DNA of 63,425 nucleotides, the filler included, from Choristocarpus tenellus KU-1152 (taxonomy: Eukaryota; Protista; Phaeophyceae), in NCBI GenBank assembly GCA_964200185.2. It is 12 parts of 12 records of this genome, joined end to end, with 100 filler letters (N's around TTAATTAATTAA, not from the genome) between each part and the next. Parts side by side here need not be neighbours in the genome. Positions count along the whole stretch, not along the records: positions 24,990 to 29,890 come from CAXNAD020012602.1; positions 29,991 to 36,650 come from CAXNAD020007626.1; positions 36,751 to 46,682 come from CAXNAD020003269.1; 9 more parts are not named here. The stretch is one strand, 5' to 3'. Positions 25,199 to 38,644 of this stretch are shown in pieces (the first letter of the stretch is position 1; the number at the start of each line of letters is the position of its first letter). The position numbers were made by a program, and so were the translations under genes. A model generated the notes under the pieces. That model ran no database searches. It saw only the letters and a list, made by a program, of their open reading frames with translations, and was not told the DNA's origin.

Positions 25199-25403
25199 AT
25201 GGCGACGCCTCGGTGGCCTAGGAGATGACATTAGCATGGGTGACGGTGAGGTGTGGCGCCCCCGACCTGTTCTCCTTGATCACCCTGGGTGCGCATGGCC
25301 CACATGGCTTGGTATCCGTGCTCGCTACGGCGCGACAAACTGTATATCTTGTGAAGGGTTTTGGGGTAGGCAGGGGGAGCTTCCGCGGCGTTGTAGTCCA
25401 GAG
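25199..25403 (+). CDS. Isolated internal exon of an unknown protein (weak Vps62-like resemblance)
   Basis: Polypyrimidine+CAG acceptor, GAG|gtggga donor and a GC-rich open frame WRRLGGLGDDISMGDGEVWRPRPVLLDHPGCAWPTWLGIRARYGATNCISCEGFWGRQGELPRRCSPE within AT-rich flanks. Confidence 0.6.
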
Positions 25404-25411
25404 GTGGGATT

Positions 25412-25483
25412 CATACATACATACATACATACATACATACATACATACATACATACATACATACATACATACATACATACATA
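25412..25483. repeat. (CATA)n microsatellite
   Basis: Direct reading. Confidence 0.95.
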
Positions 25484-26135
25484 CGCACTATTGATTAGAT
25501 ACTCTTTACTGTTCTTTTGACATTTGTTGTTTTATTATTCCGAAAATATAGTTCATTAACCTCTGCCTTCTTATTGTGGTTAATCATGTAGTAAAGGTCT
25601 CTGCATACCAGTTAATTAAAATTGATGATGTAGCGTTGTAGGAAAATGTTACAGTGATAGGATAGTAACAGTAAGTGTGTAATGCATTGGTGTAGTGAGA
25701 CTCAATGGTTCAGAAAATATATACGTATAATTAAAATTGGTTTAAGGTAAGAACAAACATGCCTACCTAGGAACAATTTATTATTATTATATTGTTCTGA
25801 GGGTTCTCAGACTTGTGGCAGAAATGTAAGTAGAAGAAGGCAATACACACTGCTTGAAAGAAAGATACATACATACATAGATACGACATTTTTTAAAAGA
25901 AATTGTGTTGGATGGATACCCTCTTTTTCCATTTTTTTTTCTGTGGTTGTGTTTTGAAGGTGAAATCTTTGTTGTGTACTATGCATTTCATGCAGTTGTC
26001 GTCATTCTTAGTATTACTGATATTATTATTATTATTTAAAATTTATCACTTTCAAATACTATTGTATTTTTGTTTGTATTATTATTTGTTTGCATAATCT
26101 TCTATGGTAGTGTTTGTCAAGATGTGCAAACGAAT

Positions 26136-26722
26136 TGTAATATATCATTCAGAGGAACATAGGGAAAGAATCGAAGATATGTGTGGAAGTGTCAAGGCGC
26201 CAAACCTCTCTGCACGAGGGGGGCAATCACAGTCACAGGACTGAACTCTTCCACCTCAGAGGGCGAGACCAAGTTTCAATGGTCTTAGCCCAACATCTCA
26301 GAGCAGTTGAGCAAATCCGGAACGTAACAAAAACCTGAAAACACAACAGATGTCCCAGAATGACTGAGCAATGTCACGGCAGAGAAATGGATCAGTCAGA
26401 ATCGGAATGGATCTTCGTTCTGACAGTCCTTTTGGCTGTTTGGTCAAATCCGGATCTTTTGGGTGTGATTGGTTTTTATGAACTGGTCGGTATATGGGTG
26501 AGTTCCAATGACGTGGTTGGCGCGCTCAAGTGTATATGACCGCGCGTCTTATCTACAAATGTGTGTGTCGGAGATCCCATAAAAGAAACCTGTCCCTGAC
26601 ATTACCCCCCCCCCCCCCCCCCCCCCCCCCCGCCCCCCCCCCCCCCCCACCANNNNNNNNNNCTCCTACTTTACCCCCCCCTTCTATCTTCTATCTTTCT
26701 TGTTCCCACGCCCCTTAAAAAA

Positions 26723-26761
<39 letters not shown>

Positions 26762-29700
26762 AGTGTGGATTCTATCCGACACGAACACAAAAGTGGCTGG
26801 TCAGCACTTCATGTCGGACAGGTCCATCTTTGGGAGGGAAAAAAAAGAATGAAAAACATCCTGGTTGAATCAACTCAGGGCGAAGAAAAACGAAAAGGTG
26901 GAGCACTAGTGGTGATCAGCCCTAGGTCGCACTCTAGTCCAAGTGAAATCTGTGTTAAATGATAAATGTTAATTTAATGGGTGCAAAGCGCGGTGAGAAA
27001 AATGGCATGAACCTGCCTGTCTCCTACGTGTGTTCTAGGGATCTGAGTGGATGAAGCTCAGTATCACCACAGCTTTGGTACATCAAGTCATCTATTGGGA
27101 AGTGTTGTGGGTATAGTGTCAAGGGTGGTTGGAAGACTCATCATCCTTTACTATCGCCTCTTCTTCAACAACTTGCCTCCAAGGTGCTTGGACAACCAGA
27201 AAGTTGGACTTTAAATATTTTGTTATATGCGCATTTGTTTATTAAAAAAGATAAAAGTAAAATATTGTACCTGTGGTAAAATAATATTTTGAAGAAATAT
27301 ACATGCTTCTCACGGATAGGACCAACCTGTGTTTGTGTTTCCAGATGAGAGCAATCTTTCTACCTCGCGAGACTCAAGTCGTTAAATAGATCAACTATAT
27401 AATACCACCCAGACTGAGCCATGGTTTGGTCTTCAAGAATCTATCAGCGTCGCTTCTGTCATCTTGGTGGTGAAAAAGAAACATCTTCTCTACCTGTGGA
27501 ATCTGGTGGCAATTCACCAGGCTGGCAACCCATTAGTATAGAGGCATTCATTGCATTTTCCAGTCCACAAGGAGGGATATCACAAGTATTTGAGGAGGCT
27601 TGATTGCCATTCGGTGGACGTCCTGTTGGAAGTAATTCAAGTTCTTCGTCTGTTGTATTGACAGGTGTCTTTGATTATGACAAGTCGTTTGGTCAGTGGC
27701 TCTTACATTAGGGAGGTCCAACTTGTCATGCCTATAGGCTTCGATCATCTCTGCACATTTAGGTATTTCAGCGGGTTTGTGCCATACATAGACCGGTAAA
27801 TATCCATGAAAGCGAAGTCGGTATAAATAATTGTGAGCGGTCTTTCTTCCTACACCTCGCTTATGGTCAAGAGTGGCCTCTACATTGTAAGACCCAATAG
27901 TTGGCTGTATCTTTGACCCCTGATCAAGATTTGATTCGGGTAATACCCAGCCTATTAAGAGCGAATTAAGGACATCTATTTCAGGTTCTGTGACTGTTCC
28001 TTCCTTGTAGGGCTTAAGTCTGACCACAGGAACTGTCACTTCACGTCGGCCTTCCAAGCACTTTACACAATGAACAACGGGTGTTATACGTGCCTTCACT
28101 TCATAAGGTCCTCTCCATACGGACAATAACTTGGGGTTTGGTGCATCAGCTGAAGTATGTGGTTTGTGAAGCCACACTTTGTCTCTGGGTCCGTATAGTG
28201 GGAGTTTATGGTTCACGTTCTTAGACTCATTCCTTAGAGGCATATCACTAATACTACGCTGGGCTAATTCATAGGCTAGCTGTAAATTCTCTGTTCTCAT
28301 ACCGTATTCTTGTACAATCATGGGAGTGGCCTCAGGGACCCCCCAAAACAAGATCAATTGGTAAAATTGGGCGCCTCCCAAACATGAGAAAAAATGGGGT
28401 TTCTTGAACAGTGGTATTATAGGCTGTATTGTGTGCTAGCTGTACAAAGAGCAATAATGAGGCCTAGTCAGATTGGTCTACATTTGAATACATGGCCAGC
28501 ATACCATACATCATGGAATGAATTCATTAACATACACTATTGCATTGCGGTCGATATGCTGTTGTCTTGGTTTTATGATATCCATACACTTTACGCAACT
28601 CAGTCCGGAGTTTATTCCCAAATTCTCTGCCTTGGTCAGAGTGGAGTGTTTCAGGAGGACCAAAGATGGAAAAAATAAGATCGAAAAGAGCTCCAGCCAT
28701 GGTTTTTCCTGGCTTATTTGCAATGCCAACCAAGATTGCGAATCTTGTAAGATGGTCTACAGTGGAAAACACATGTTTTGCACCGTCTGACGTGGTCTTA
28801 TATTTAACTAGGTCAATAGCAAGTCATTGAAATGGACGTGTAACAGGCATACGACGTGTCCTGTAGGTAGTGGGGTAAGAGTGTGAGTGGTCTATTACCT
28901 TTGACAGGACTGGCAAGTTTCACACCACTTCCTCATATCTTTATGTAAGGTTGGTCACCAAAATCTATCTCAAACCTGGTCAAATGTGTGTTTGAAAGCA
29001 AGATGGCCTGCAACTTTAAGGTCATGTAGGCATGTAAAATTAAACCCTGAACCTCCGTTGGGGCTACTAACCGATCGCGAAATTCTGCATTTTTTGAAGA
29101 TGACCAGGTTGATACGACCGGTAGAGTAAAAGTTAATTCTCTTGTTCTTCAGTGAAAAAATATGGTATGGTGTAGGCCGTTTCCCTATTGGGTAATGTTG
29201 CATTACTTGGGTCTGCCAGGTATTGAAAATATGCTCCAAACTGATCATGTTGGGCTTTGGGTAGAACTTGCGTGTAAATTTACTGGAAAAACATTAATGG
29301 AGCTTGCAAAGAGCTCAAGAGTCATTTGCCACTTTAGTAACTTCACCTAGTCGATCCACAGACAATTCATAGGCAGGGTATACCTTGCTTGAGAACTTGC
29401 ATCTGTGGTTTTTGTACCCACATTTCGACATATAGGGCTTAGGGGTGCCGGTTCAGATTCATGTTTACAGGATTCTTTCAGTTGAGGACGTGACAACATA
29501 TCTGGGATATAATGTAATCTGCCAGGCTGATGAAGGACTGTAAAATCAAAACTTTGCAAAGCTAAGGCCCATCGATTTAATAGATTGGACATATCTTGCA
29601 TCATATGCAGCCACCATAAGGCTAAATGATCACTAATAACTGTGAATTTTCACCCTAAATATATGGTGTCCAATGTTGAATTGCCAGGATAAGTGCAAGG

Positions 29701-29822
29701 CACTCTTTTGTGTGGCAGAATATTTCCGTTTGGAGGGGAAAAGTAAGGCACTATGGTATGCAATTATATCAAAATTGCCATAGTCATTTTTATGGACCAA
29801 AAATGCCTCTGTCTCAACATTA
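26136..29822 (-). mobile_element. Ty3/Gypsy remnant: RNase H, integrase, chromodomain, 3' UTR, PPT and putative 3' LTR (~26136-26601)
   Basis: RNase H end RWALALQSFDFTVLHQPGRLHYIPDMLSR; HHCC region LHD..AGH; core VDHLTRFAILV...FGPPETLHSDQGREF...TTAYRPQCN; PKLLSVWRGPYEV; chromodomain YNVEATLDHKR...YLYRLRFHGYLPVYVWHKPAEI. On the minus strand a G-rich PPT precedes TGTCAGGGACAGG. The distal LTR end is uncertain. Confidence 0.9.
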
Positions 29823-29890
29823 GAGTGAAAGTATCTTAGAGGGTACGAGTTTTGGCCTGTTTGTCCATTTGGGGCTTGGCTTCCCATGGT
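29823..29890 (+). mobile_element. MITE family A inserted in the Gypsy RNase H region, truncated by contig end
   Basis: GAGTGAAAGTATCTTAGAGGGTACGAG lies directly against the pol sequence. Confidence 0.85.
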
Positions 29891-30986
29891 NNNNNNNNNN
29901 NNNNNNNNNNNNNNNNNNNNNNNNNNNNNNNNNNTTAATTAATTAANNNNNNNNNNNNNNNNNNNNNNNNNNNNNNNNNNNNNNNNNNNNTTAACACACG
30001 GGGAGTGTTGGATATTTGTTCCTGTCATCAGACCCCCCCCCCCTTACGTTGTACCTAAGGAAACTGATTCTGTGGGGGAAAAAAACGTCTGACATCGAAG
30101 GGGTTTGAACTCAGGAAATAGTTTTATTGTGCTACCACAGGTTTAACTTGATTTGTACGCACGAACAAAAATCGTGCGTCAATGAAGGGATGGGAAAGGC
30201 GAAGAGACGGACACACTGTCTTTTGTTGATATGGCGTTGCCGGCGTGTCTTAAAATGCGTGTGAAGATCGTAATCATCCCGTTTCTACACAAAAACAGGC
30301 ATACCTGGCAGGCAGGAAGATGGGTCTTGTTTGGGGGTGCCTGTGCCTACATGTCTAGAGCAAATTGCCAAAAAAAAACTCGAACTGTGCTCCATTCCTC
30401 CCTTAGAAGCTGTTCCTTGAACGATTTTGAATTATGTGCTTTGCTCTGCAATAATATGTTTTGAACAGGGGTGTTTCAGAGTTTTATTTGTAAGTAGAAG
30501 TATGAGCCCCAAGCAGGCCAAGTGGGCATACAGGTGGTGCTTATCTTGCTGAGCTGGTCAACTGGTGGTCTAGTGTAAACACTGAAAATGGGGTTTGGTG
30601 GTGTCCGTGGAGCACCTCCTATTGTATGCTGTGTTGTGTTGCTGAGAGTTGTACTGTTGTGCTTTGTGTTGTGTGTTGTGTTGGTGTTAGTGGGAGAGGG
30701 ATTCAATTCCCAGTTGTGATTGTCATTCCTTGTTGAAGATTTTGCTTTCTTGAGGACCTTGGTCAAAATGCATAATCTGTGAATGGTGTGTTGTAGATTC
30801 AACAAAGGGTGTTGTAGATTCAACAAAGGGTGTTGTAGATTCGGTTGGCATGTTGAGAAGGAGAAGGGCAGGAGGTCAACGACCTGGCAGAGTTACTTTT
30901 CTCAGTGTGTGAGTGGAGGAGCTTGTGTGCATTTCTGTGTTTGTTTGTTGTTTGGTTGGGTGTGCGAGAGACCCCTTTCTTTGAAC

Positions 30987-31531
30987 TAGATAAAGTATTG
31001 TAATGATTATGGTATGATATGTAATATGTAGATAAAGTATTGTAATGATTATGGTATGATGTATAATATGTAGATAAAGTATTGTAATGATTATGGTATG
31101 ATATATAATATGTAGATAAAGTATTGTAATGATTATGGAATGATATATAATATGTAGATAAAGTATTGTAATGATTATGGTGTGATATGTAATATGTAGA
31201 TAAAGTATTGTAATGATTATGGTATGATATATAATATGTAGATAAAGTATTGTAATGATTATGGTATGATATATAATATGTAGATAAAGTATTGTAATGA
31301 TTATGGTATGATATATAATATGTAGATAAAGTATTGTAGTGATTATGGAATGATATATAATATGTAGATAAAGTATTGTGATGATTATGGTATGATATGT
31401 AATACGTAGATAAAGTATTGTAATGATTATGGTATGATATATAATATGTAGATAAAGTATTGTAATGATTATGGTATGATATGTAATATGTAGATAAAGT
31501 ATTGTAATGATTATGGTATGATATATAATAT
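30987..31531. repeat. 42-bp AT-rich minisatellite, 13 copies
   Basis: The unit TAGATAAAGTATTGTAATGATTATGGTATGATATATAATATG repeats with few substitutions. Confidence 0.95.
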
Positions 31532-33578
31532 ATTGAGAGGTACCATCCATCTAACATCGGATTGTCATTGAACTTTTTCGGGTTAGGGTTAGGGTTACTG
31601 GACTGCCTTGTGGTGTATATTAGATAGAATGTAGTAGATTGCGTTTTGAGCACTATTGTGGAGGGTGAGCACTTTTGACTCAGAATGGGTTTGTTGTTGG
31701 TCTTACCTTTTGCAACTGCACCCTCCTATGAGGGGTTTAGGTTGTGTGTGTGTTTAGGTTCGAGCATGGTGTATACTGCCTAAGCTTTAAGAAGAGCTTG
31801 GAAAACCTCAAGAGGGTTGAGATTGACACCTCTCCTTGGATTGACACCCTTGGATGGTTTCAGTCATTGATTTTATGTAAGTAGTTACTGTAACTACATT
31901 GTTGTTGGGAGTACTCAAGAAGGGCCGTTTTTTGTTAAAAAACACGGAGTGATAGATTTAGTTGATTTATGTATTTGAAGTAGATTTATTATTTATTTAT
32001 TTTTGTGGTGGGCTAATTCCCTAACCCTAGTCCTGGAAGTTTTAAGAGAGGAAGGCGTTTTTTTTTAATGTTGCATCTGTGAAAAAAAAGAAGTATGATA
32101 CGTGCATGTGTATGCAAAATGTTTTTTTTACACAATGTATCGTTGTACATAATTTTCCTGGAATAGTCCTTGATGGGTTTCAGCACATGCTTACTTGTTT
32201 TGTGTATGACTCAACAATAACCTGCTGACATCCCCCTCCCCACCCCCCCTCTATTGTGGTATGGTTTTGAAAAAGGAATATCTGGAGGGGGGAACACTGA
32301 GTAGTCGGATGCGCTGCATGGAGCGAAAGATGAGCTTGAAGCAGGTGTGCGTGTGTGTGCGTGTGTGTGCATGTGTGTGTGTGTGTGTGTGTGTGTTGTG
32401 GTGTATGGCGGGCTGTTGTAAATGATGCGTGACTCATTTTTATTTTGGAAAAGAATGACTCTTTAAACGGAATTATGATTTCTGTTCTTCAATTTTTGTT
32501 TTTTTATTATCAACTGTAGCACACTAGTGTACATGTGAGCACATTATTATTATTATTTTTATTATCAATATGATTATTATCAGTATTGCTGTTATTATCA
32601 ATATGTGATTATTACAAATATTATTGAGGAGAGGAGTGGATTGCCGCATTCGTTTTTTTTTCTGATGTTAAACTATGGAGCACCCCCCAAAAACTAAGTT
32701 TATAATACTTTATAGGTAACTAGGTAGGTGTGGCATAATAGAACCAGTTTTATTTGTTGTGGTGCTCTCGATCGCAGTGTGTCAAGATCATGTGAACAAT
32801 AAATAAAACTGGAGGTAGAACCATTATTAATAGAAGACAGAAGAGAAGAGTCTACATTTTTTCTTTTAAAAAAAAAGTCTCTTGAAGTGCCTAGAGAGGC
32901 GGATGGAAAGGAAGGGGTGTTGTGACATCGCAGTCAGGTGGAAGGATATGGGTATGGTGTGATAGTTTTTAAGAAATGCTATTTTATTTTATTTTATTTT
33001 ATTTTTTCCATTTTATTTTTTTAAGCTTGTTTCTCGAGTTTGAATGTCATTGGTGTGTCAGTGATGTGGATGTCGTGATACTGATGAGACAATTTTTTTT
33101 TAAAATTCAGAAATGGATAGATTCAAATGCATCACGGGTAGATTCAAAACATGATTCGTTGAATGGGATTGGGGGGGTGGGGGGGCTCTAATGATCTGGA
33201 TCTGTAAGTTTTGTTTGAGTCAATCCTTACACGCTGTTGGTATATTTATAGAGTACATTCTAAGACATTTTTTTTTATTTTCGAAAATTGTAACCTGAAA
33301 ACTATTAAAGAAATAATGTGTATTATGTAGTATGTAGTATATGCACTGAAGAGTCGTTCTATAAAGAGTCATCTCGAACGATGGCTGATTTTATTGGTGT
33401 ATGAATATCTCCTTTCAATTTCGTTTTCATTATGGAGTTCGTTATTATAGTAGAGGCTGCTGTTGACACATGGCTCTGGTGCACATATTATTAGTGTTAT
33501 TGTTATTATTATTTATTATTATTTTGATGTCATTCAAGAGCTTTTATATTTTTTATTTTACCCTCTTCTTGAACTTAG

Positions 33579-35811
33579 GTGCTGGATTTGTCCATGGCCT
33601 TATCAAATGCTCTGGAGTACCTTCATGATACAGCTGTTTCTGGTCGTATAGTCTGCCACCGTGACCTGAAGCCAGACAACATTGGCTTCACCAAGGATGG
33701 AGTCCTTAAGATCATCGACTTCGGCTTGGGGAAGGTGTGGGAGGATTAGTACTATGCAACCAATGCAGTACTTGAAAGTAACTGTTTTGTAATGTATCAC
33801 AAGTGTAAGAATGTCCTATGTTAGTTGAGTGGAAGGTGGAGTATTGTGTTTGGTGTTTCTTTGAGTGTTTTATAATTTTGGGTGTTTGTGTGTGTACAAC
33901 TAATGTGTGTGTGTGTGTTTTCTGGTTGGGCATGACTGAAAAATGTTCACAAAAGGAAAGTGCATGTGTAATGTATATATATATATATATTGTAGTTTTA
34001 ATTTTTTTCTGACAAAAAAGAAAAAAATGGGTTTTGGATTGTTGGTACATGCTTCATTACCCTCATTCCCCCCATCACCCCTATCACCAACCAATGGTCT
34101 TGTCCAGTACTATTTATTAATGCCTCATTGGCTCCTGCCCTTTGATGGGAACAACATTTCATTCTTATTCTTATCAGCTGTAGTATCTGCCTTGAGAGTG
34201 GTACTAGCAACCCTCCTGGCTCGACCATGCTTAACCCTGACCCTAACCCTAACCCCAACCTGTGGTCAGAGGCATAGCACACTGTATTCCTACTTGTCAT
34301 CATGCTAATGTACTATTAGCATTACTCTAATAATAATAATAATAATAATTTATGTATATATATATATGTTGTGTGTGTGTGTAATCCAGATCATCAAACG
34401 AAAGTATAGAGTCCGTGGTGACAAGTTCAAGATGACAGGAGGAACTGGCTCTCTTCGATACATGGCCCCAGAGGTGATACATACATCATACATTATACAT
34501 CATGCATTATATATGTTTTTACTCCCCTTTGTACAGAAAGCATTCGAGACTAGATATGAAAAGACATGGAAATCCCATCCCTCCCAGAAACATTCCTCTA
34601 GTGTTGTTCTACAGGGGGTGGGTTTTTTTTTATGGAAGGCGTGTTTTGATGGTTTATTTTTCTTTGCGTGGTGAGTGATGTATGATGATATTACTAGTGA
34701 TGATGATGGTAGTGAAAGGTGTATGTATGCCTGTGTTGTTCTTGTCAGTGATAAATTTTTGATGTCATTAAGGTTATTCTATACTATAAACTATTTCTAC
34801 TGCAGAATAACCAATGATTAACACCTGTTAGGGTTAGGGTATATACCATCATTACCGTAGTATAGCAGTCCATCTTTAGGGTTAGGGTTTGTTGAAGATT
34901 GTATAGGATGGTTTAAGTTAGAGTTAGGGGAATAAGTACGCCTCAGTGGAACTTGCTTGAAAGTTAAAACACACTTTCTTTGGTGATACATAAAAAAAAT
35001 GTCTGCATCAAAATCATACCCCCCATACACACCTTCTGCATAATCACCACACCAACGGGAAATTTTCATTTTCTACAAAACTGGCTATAATTGATTTAAA
35101 CAACGCACGAATGGCAGGTGCAATGGTGTGTAGGAGTTTTAGAAATTTTGTATTTATTTGTTGACTGTTCACTGATTGGTTGAAATATATTTCTATTCTC
35201 TTCATTGATTGGTCGACGTGTACTATCTATGTATGTGTTGTGGAGTAAGAGCGATGTCCCTTAGAGCGTGATTCGGCAGTTACTGAAGTGAAGGAGCTTT
35301 AGAGGGTGTCTGTGACTAACACTCTGTAACTGGCTTGGTGGTGGTGTCCTTGGTCCTTGCACTTGAATCATTTTTTTTTGTCTTCCATTACCTTGAGAGT
35401 GCTTTTTTTTTAATATAACCTGGATTGACTGCGTTTGTTGCAGCGAGTTGATTGGTTCACAGAAAAAAAAACGCGAACAAAATCTCGTGTCGTGTATGTG
35501 TGTGTGTGTGTGTTCCTACACGTATCTGTTTGTGTATTTTTGTTTTATTTTTTGATTAATTTTTTTATCTGCATGTTTTTTATTGTCTGTGTATGTGTGT
35601 GTTTTTTATTATTTTTGTTGTATAATTTTAGTTTTATTTGTTTTTTAGTATTTTTATCTGTATATGTTTATGTATATGTATTTATATGTATGTATGTATG
35701 TATGTTTCATGTGTCAGATTGCTAATCATCGAGTGTACAATGAGAAAGGAGATGTCTACAGCTTCAGCCTCATCATGTGGGAAATGCTGGCGGGTGTAAA
35801 ACCCTTCCTAG
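33579..35811 (+). CDS. Protein kinase (TKL-like), internal exons 33579-33734, 34390-34473, 35718-35811
   Basis: In-phase splicing gives [52 protein letters not shown]|[28 protein letters not shown]|[31 protein letters not shown], covering subdomains VIb (HRDLKPDN), VII (DFG), VIII (APE) and IX (DVYSF). Confidence 0.95.
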
Positions 35812-36750
35812 GTACTACTAACTCCTGATGGTGGATCTGATTTTGCAAGTTGCATACATGTTAATGATAGGAAGACCTTTTTGGGGTGATCGATTAACTA
35901 TTATACCACAATGTACGTCCTCACCCTTACATATGCCCACCCCTTCAAGTTTGTATCTGTTGTGGTGTCTGTGGAAGGTGTTAATATTGTTTTACTGCTT
36001 TTTGTGTTTGAACCTGTGGGTTGATGGATGGATGGATGGGATGGATGGATGTTTTTGTGACTTCTAAGCTTGTGGAGTGATGTGTGTGTGTGTGTGTGTG
36101 AGTGCTTTCTTTGTCTTCGGGGTTGGATGCTGTTGGGAAGGCGGTAGTTTTTGTTTAGTCTTGTTTTATTTTATTTTAACGATGGGGGGGTTTCTGCAGT
36201 TGATAAAGGATTCGAAAGAGAATTGTTTGGCACTGATTTTTTTTTAGGTGATGCCTTTTTTATTTGTATTTTGAGGGTTAGGGTTAGTGTAAGTCCCTGT
36301 TTATTGTTGTGTACAATGTGAAAAATAACCTCATTAAACCTGATCCCCCCACTCGCCATCCATGTAGTAACAACGTGACATATCCCAATTCTATTGACTG
36401 TTTACTATACCTCCTGAGGTGTGGAAGGCGTGTCTGTACTTTTATAGCGATCGATATGAGGGGGGTTTGTCATCTGGATGCTTCTCTTTTTTTATTTTTA
36501 TGTGTAATTAATTGCTAGCGTCAAGACGTGGATTTTTGCTTTAGGTTTTTAGAAACGTTTTCATTATTTTTTTATTATTGTTCACATCATGACACCTTTG
36601 TTTTTTGCACTCTCTTCAATAGATATGGGCCTCTAGAAAAGAGTGCACCCNNNNNNNNNNNNNNNNNNNNNNNNNNNNNNNNNNNNNNNNNNNNTTAATT
36701 AATTAANNNNNNNNNNNNNNNNNNNNNNNNNNNNNNNNNNNNNNNNNNNN

Positions 36751-37971
36751 GACGTTCGATAATCTGTGAATTGGACTTGACTTGTATATCCTGGAAAGGT
36801 GAGCATCGAGGGGCGCCTGTAACACTTCTTGTCGACTTCTGGTCGAGTGGCAGCGTCTTGAAGTAGACCCGATGGAACGTGTACGCCTTCTTGCAGTACT
36901 TCTGCATGAGCCTGCCGTAATTCTGCACGAGCGGTGTGCAAATAGTCTCAATCTCACCTCCTCTTCTTCCCTGGCGTCCTCGTCAATGGCTACCTCCACC
37001 TCCTTCGCCGCCTCTTTGAAGTAAAGGATTTGATGGTAGCGAAACGTCCCCGCAGCAGACTTTGCTACGATCGCATTCTCCTCCACCTAGCGAGCCCTTT
37101 TGACCTTCTTTCGGGCTTCTGAGCCCTTGCACCCCAACCCCACACCTTCTTTCTCGTCTCCTTAAGCCTCTCTGGCTTGCACAGCTTCCAAACAACCAGA
37201 GGGCCTCCTGTAACTGCCGACTACTAATATGTTCTACACCAGGGTTTTCGCTTAGGCATTTCCTTGAGTGCAATGGCATGCAGTCGCACTGCTCTCTTCC
37301 CCAATATTCCCTTCGGCTGGCCACCCTGGTTCTACCTTTGCCTGCTGTGATCAGACTTCCCCACAGACTTAATCCCTGTAGCACCTGGTGATGGACTTAG
37401 CACTATCTTCCTGCTTTCCCGAGGTGGCAGAGACTACGGAGCACTGCTCCGCAGTGGTTGAAGATCCAATAACATTTGTGTGGTAATGCTTTCCATGTAT
37501 CTTCTCTCAGTGTCAGTGTTGCAGCCGTGTGGTCCATTGCGTGATTCGATCATGCTGCTGCGCCACAGTATATGCACTTTCTTGTCATCTAACATCGCAC
37601 TGAGTGTCACACAGTACTTGTTTTTTTCTGACGCCACTCGACAGAGAGGGTGCCGAGGGTAGGCCCAGAGGGCAGAGTGGCCTCAGCGGCTCTCCTTGTC
37701 TCACCGTTGTGGTTCATGTTGCTGTGTGGGTCACCCGTGTGTCTGCTCACAGTCTGTCTGCAAATGGCTCTAAAACGATATCCACAAATCTTGTTTGTTT
37801 TTTTTGGTATTTGGCACGTGCACCATACCTGGCCAACGACCCTAACCCGCATCAGCCAACCGCTCTATTTTTGTACCTTATAAAGTTCGAACCGTCAAAA
37901 TTTCACCTGAAGTGTTCCTCCGCGTTTTGACCATTATTTGGTCGAGGCATAGCTCCCGTTCATACAAACCT
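36751..37971 (-). mobile_element. Unclassified degenerate transposon-like element, copy 2
   Basis: Reverse complement of 11664-12561 down to GAAGCCCGAAAGAAGGT (~37103), then a different coding-like segment (…RLMQKYCKKAYTFHRVYFK…). Confidence 0.65.
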
Positions 37972-38644
37972 TCAAAAGGTCTTGTCATAAGCTTTCATTT
38001 GATATTTATATTGTGTCATTCTTGTGACATTACAGTGAAAAAAAAGAAAGATTGCCCCAGCACACTAAGGTATTGGTATCACCTTAGGTGGAGGCACAAG
38101 GGAAGAAGAAATGGTCAGTATGTAAAGGAAACCGAGGGCTGGTGGTACAAGACGAGGAGGGCTAGAACAAGACAACCTCCGAGCAAGCTCTCCCGCCCAC
38201 CCACCCTTTTGGTTGCTCACGACTGATTGGGATGCTGGTTAAAGGGAGGGGAGATCAAGTTCGGGTGGGGTAGTCTTCTAGTTCAAAGGCACGGCATGAA
38301 GTGGATGATGAATGGGTGTTTTGGGGTGATTATGGAGTGGTGTTGAGTGGTGTGGGGTTGAGTGGAGTGATAACTGATGTGGGGTGGATTGGAGTGGTAA
38401 CTGGTGTGGGGTTGAGTGGGGGTGAAGGGTGAGGTGGTGATTGGAAATCAGTGGTGAAGGGGTCACATTGGTTGGTCATCAGAGGTGGGGCGGTGGATGG
38501 AAATCAGTGGTGAAAGGGTCGCACTGGTTGGTCACAAGTTGTGATAGAATGGGGAGGAGGGGAATGGAAACATCCAATAAAATAATAATAATCCAGAATT
38601 CGTGACCAAAACAAAGCGAAGTTCTTTTACTAATTTTGAGGTTG

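Noticed and set aside
30820-31653. 277-aa and 224-aa repeat ORFs (YYISYHNHYNTLST)n
   Set aside because: They are by-products of a 42-bp unit lacking minus-strand stops, with no splice or domain support.
36623-36650. Fourth kinase exon at the contig end
   Set aside because: The acceptor and phase fit (D-M-G-L), but a stop follows immediately within a few bases of the contig end, so it cannot be resolved.
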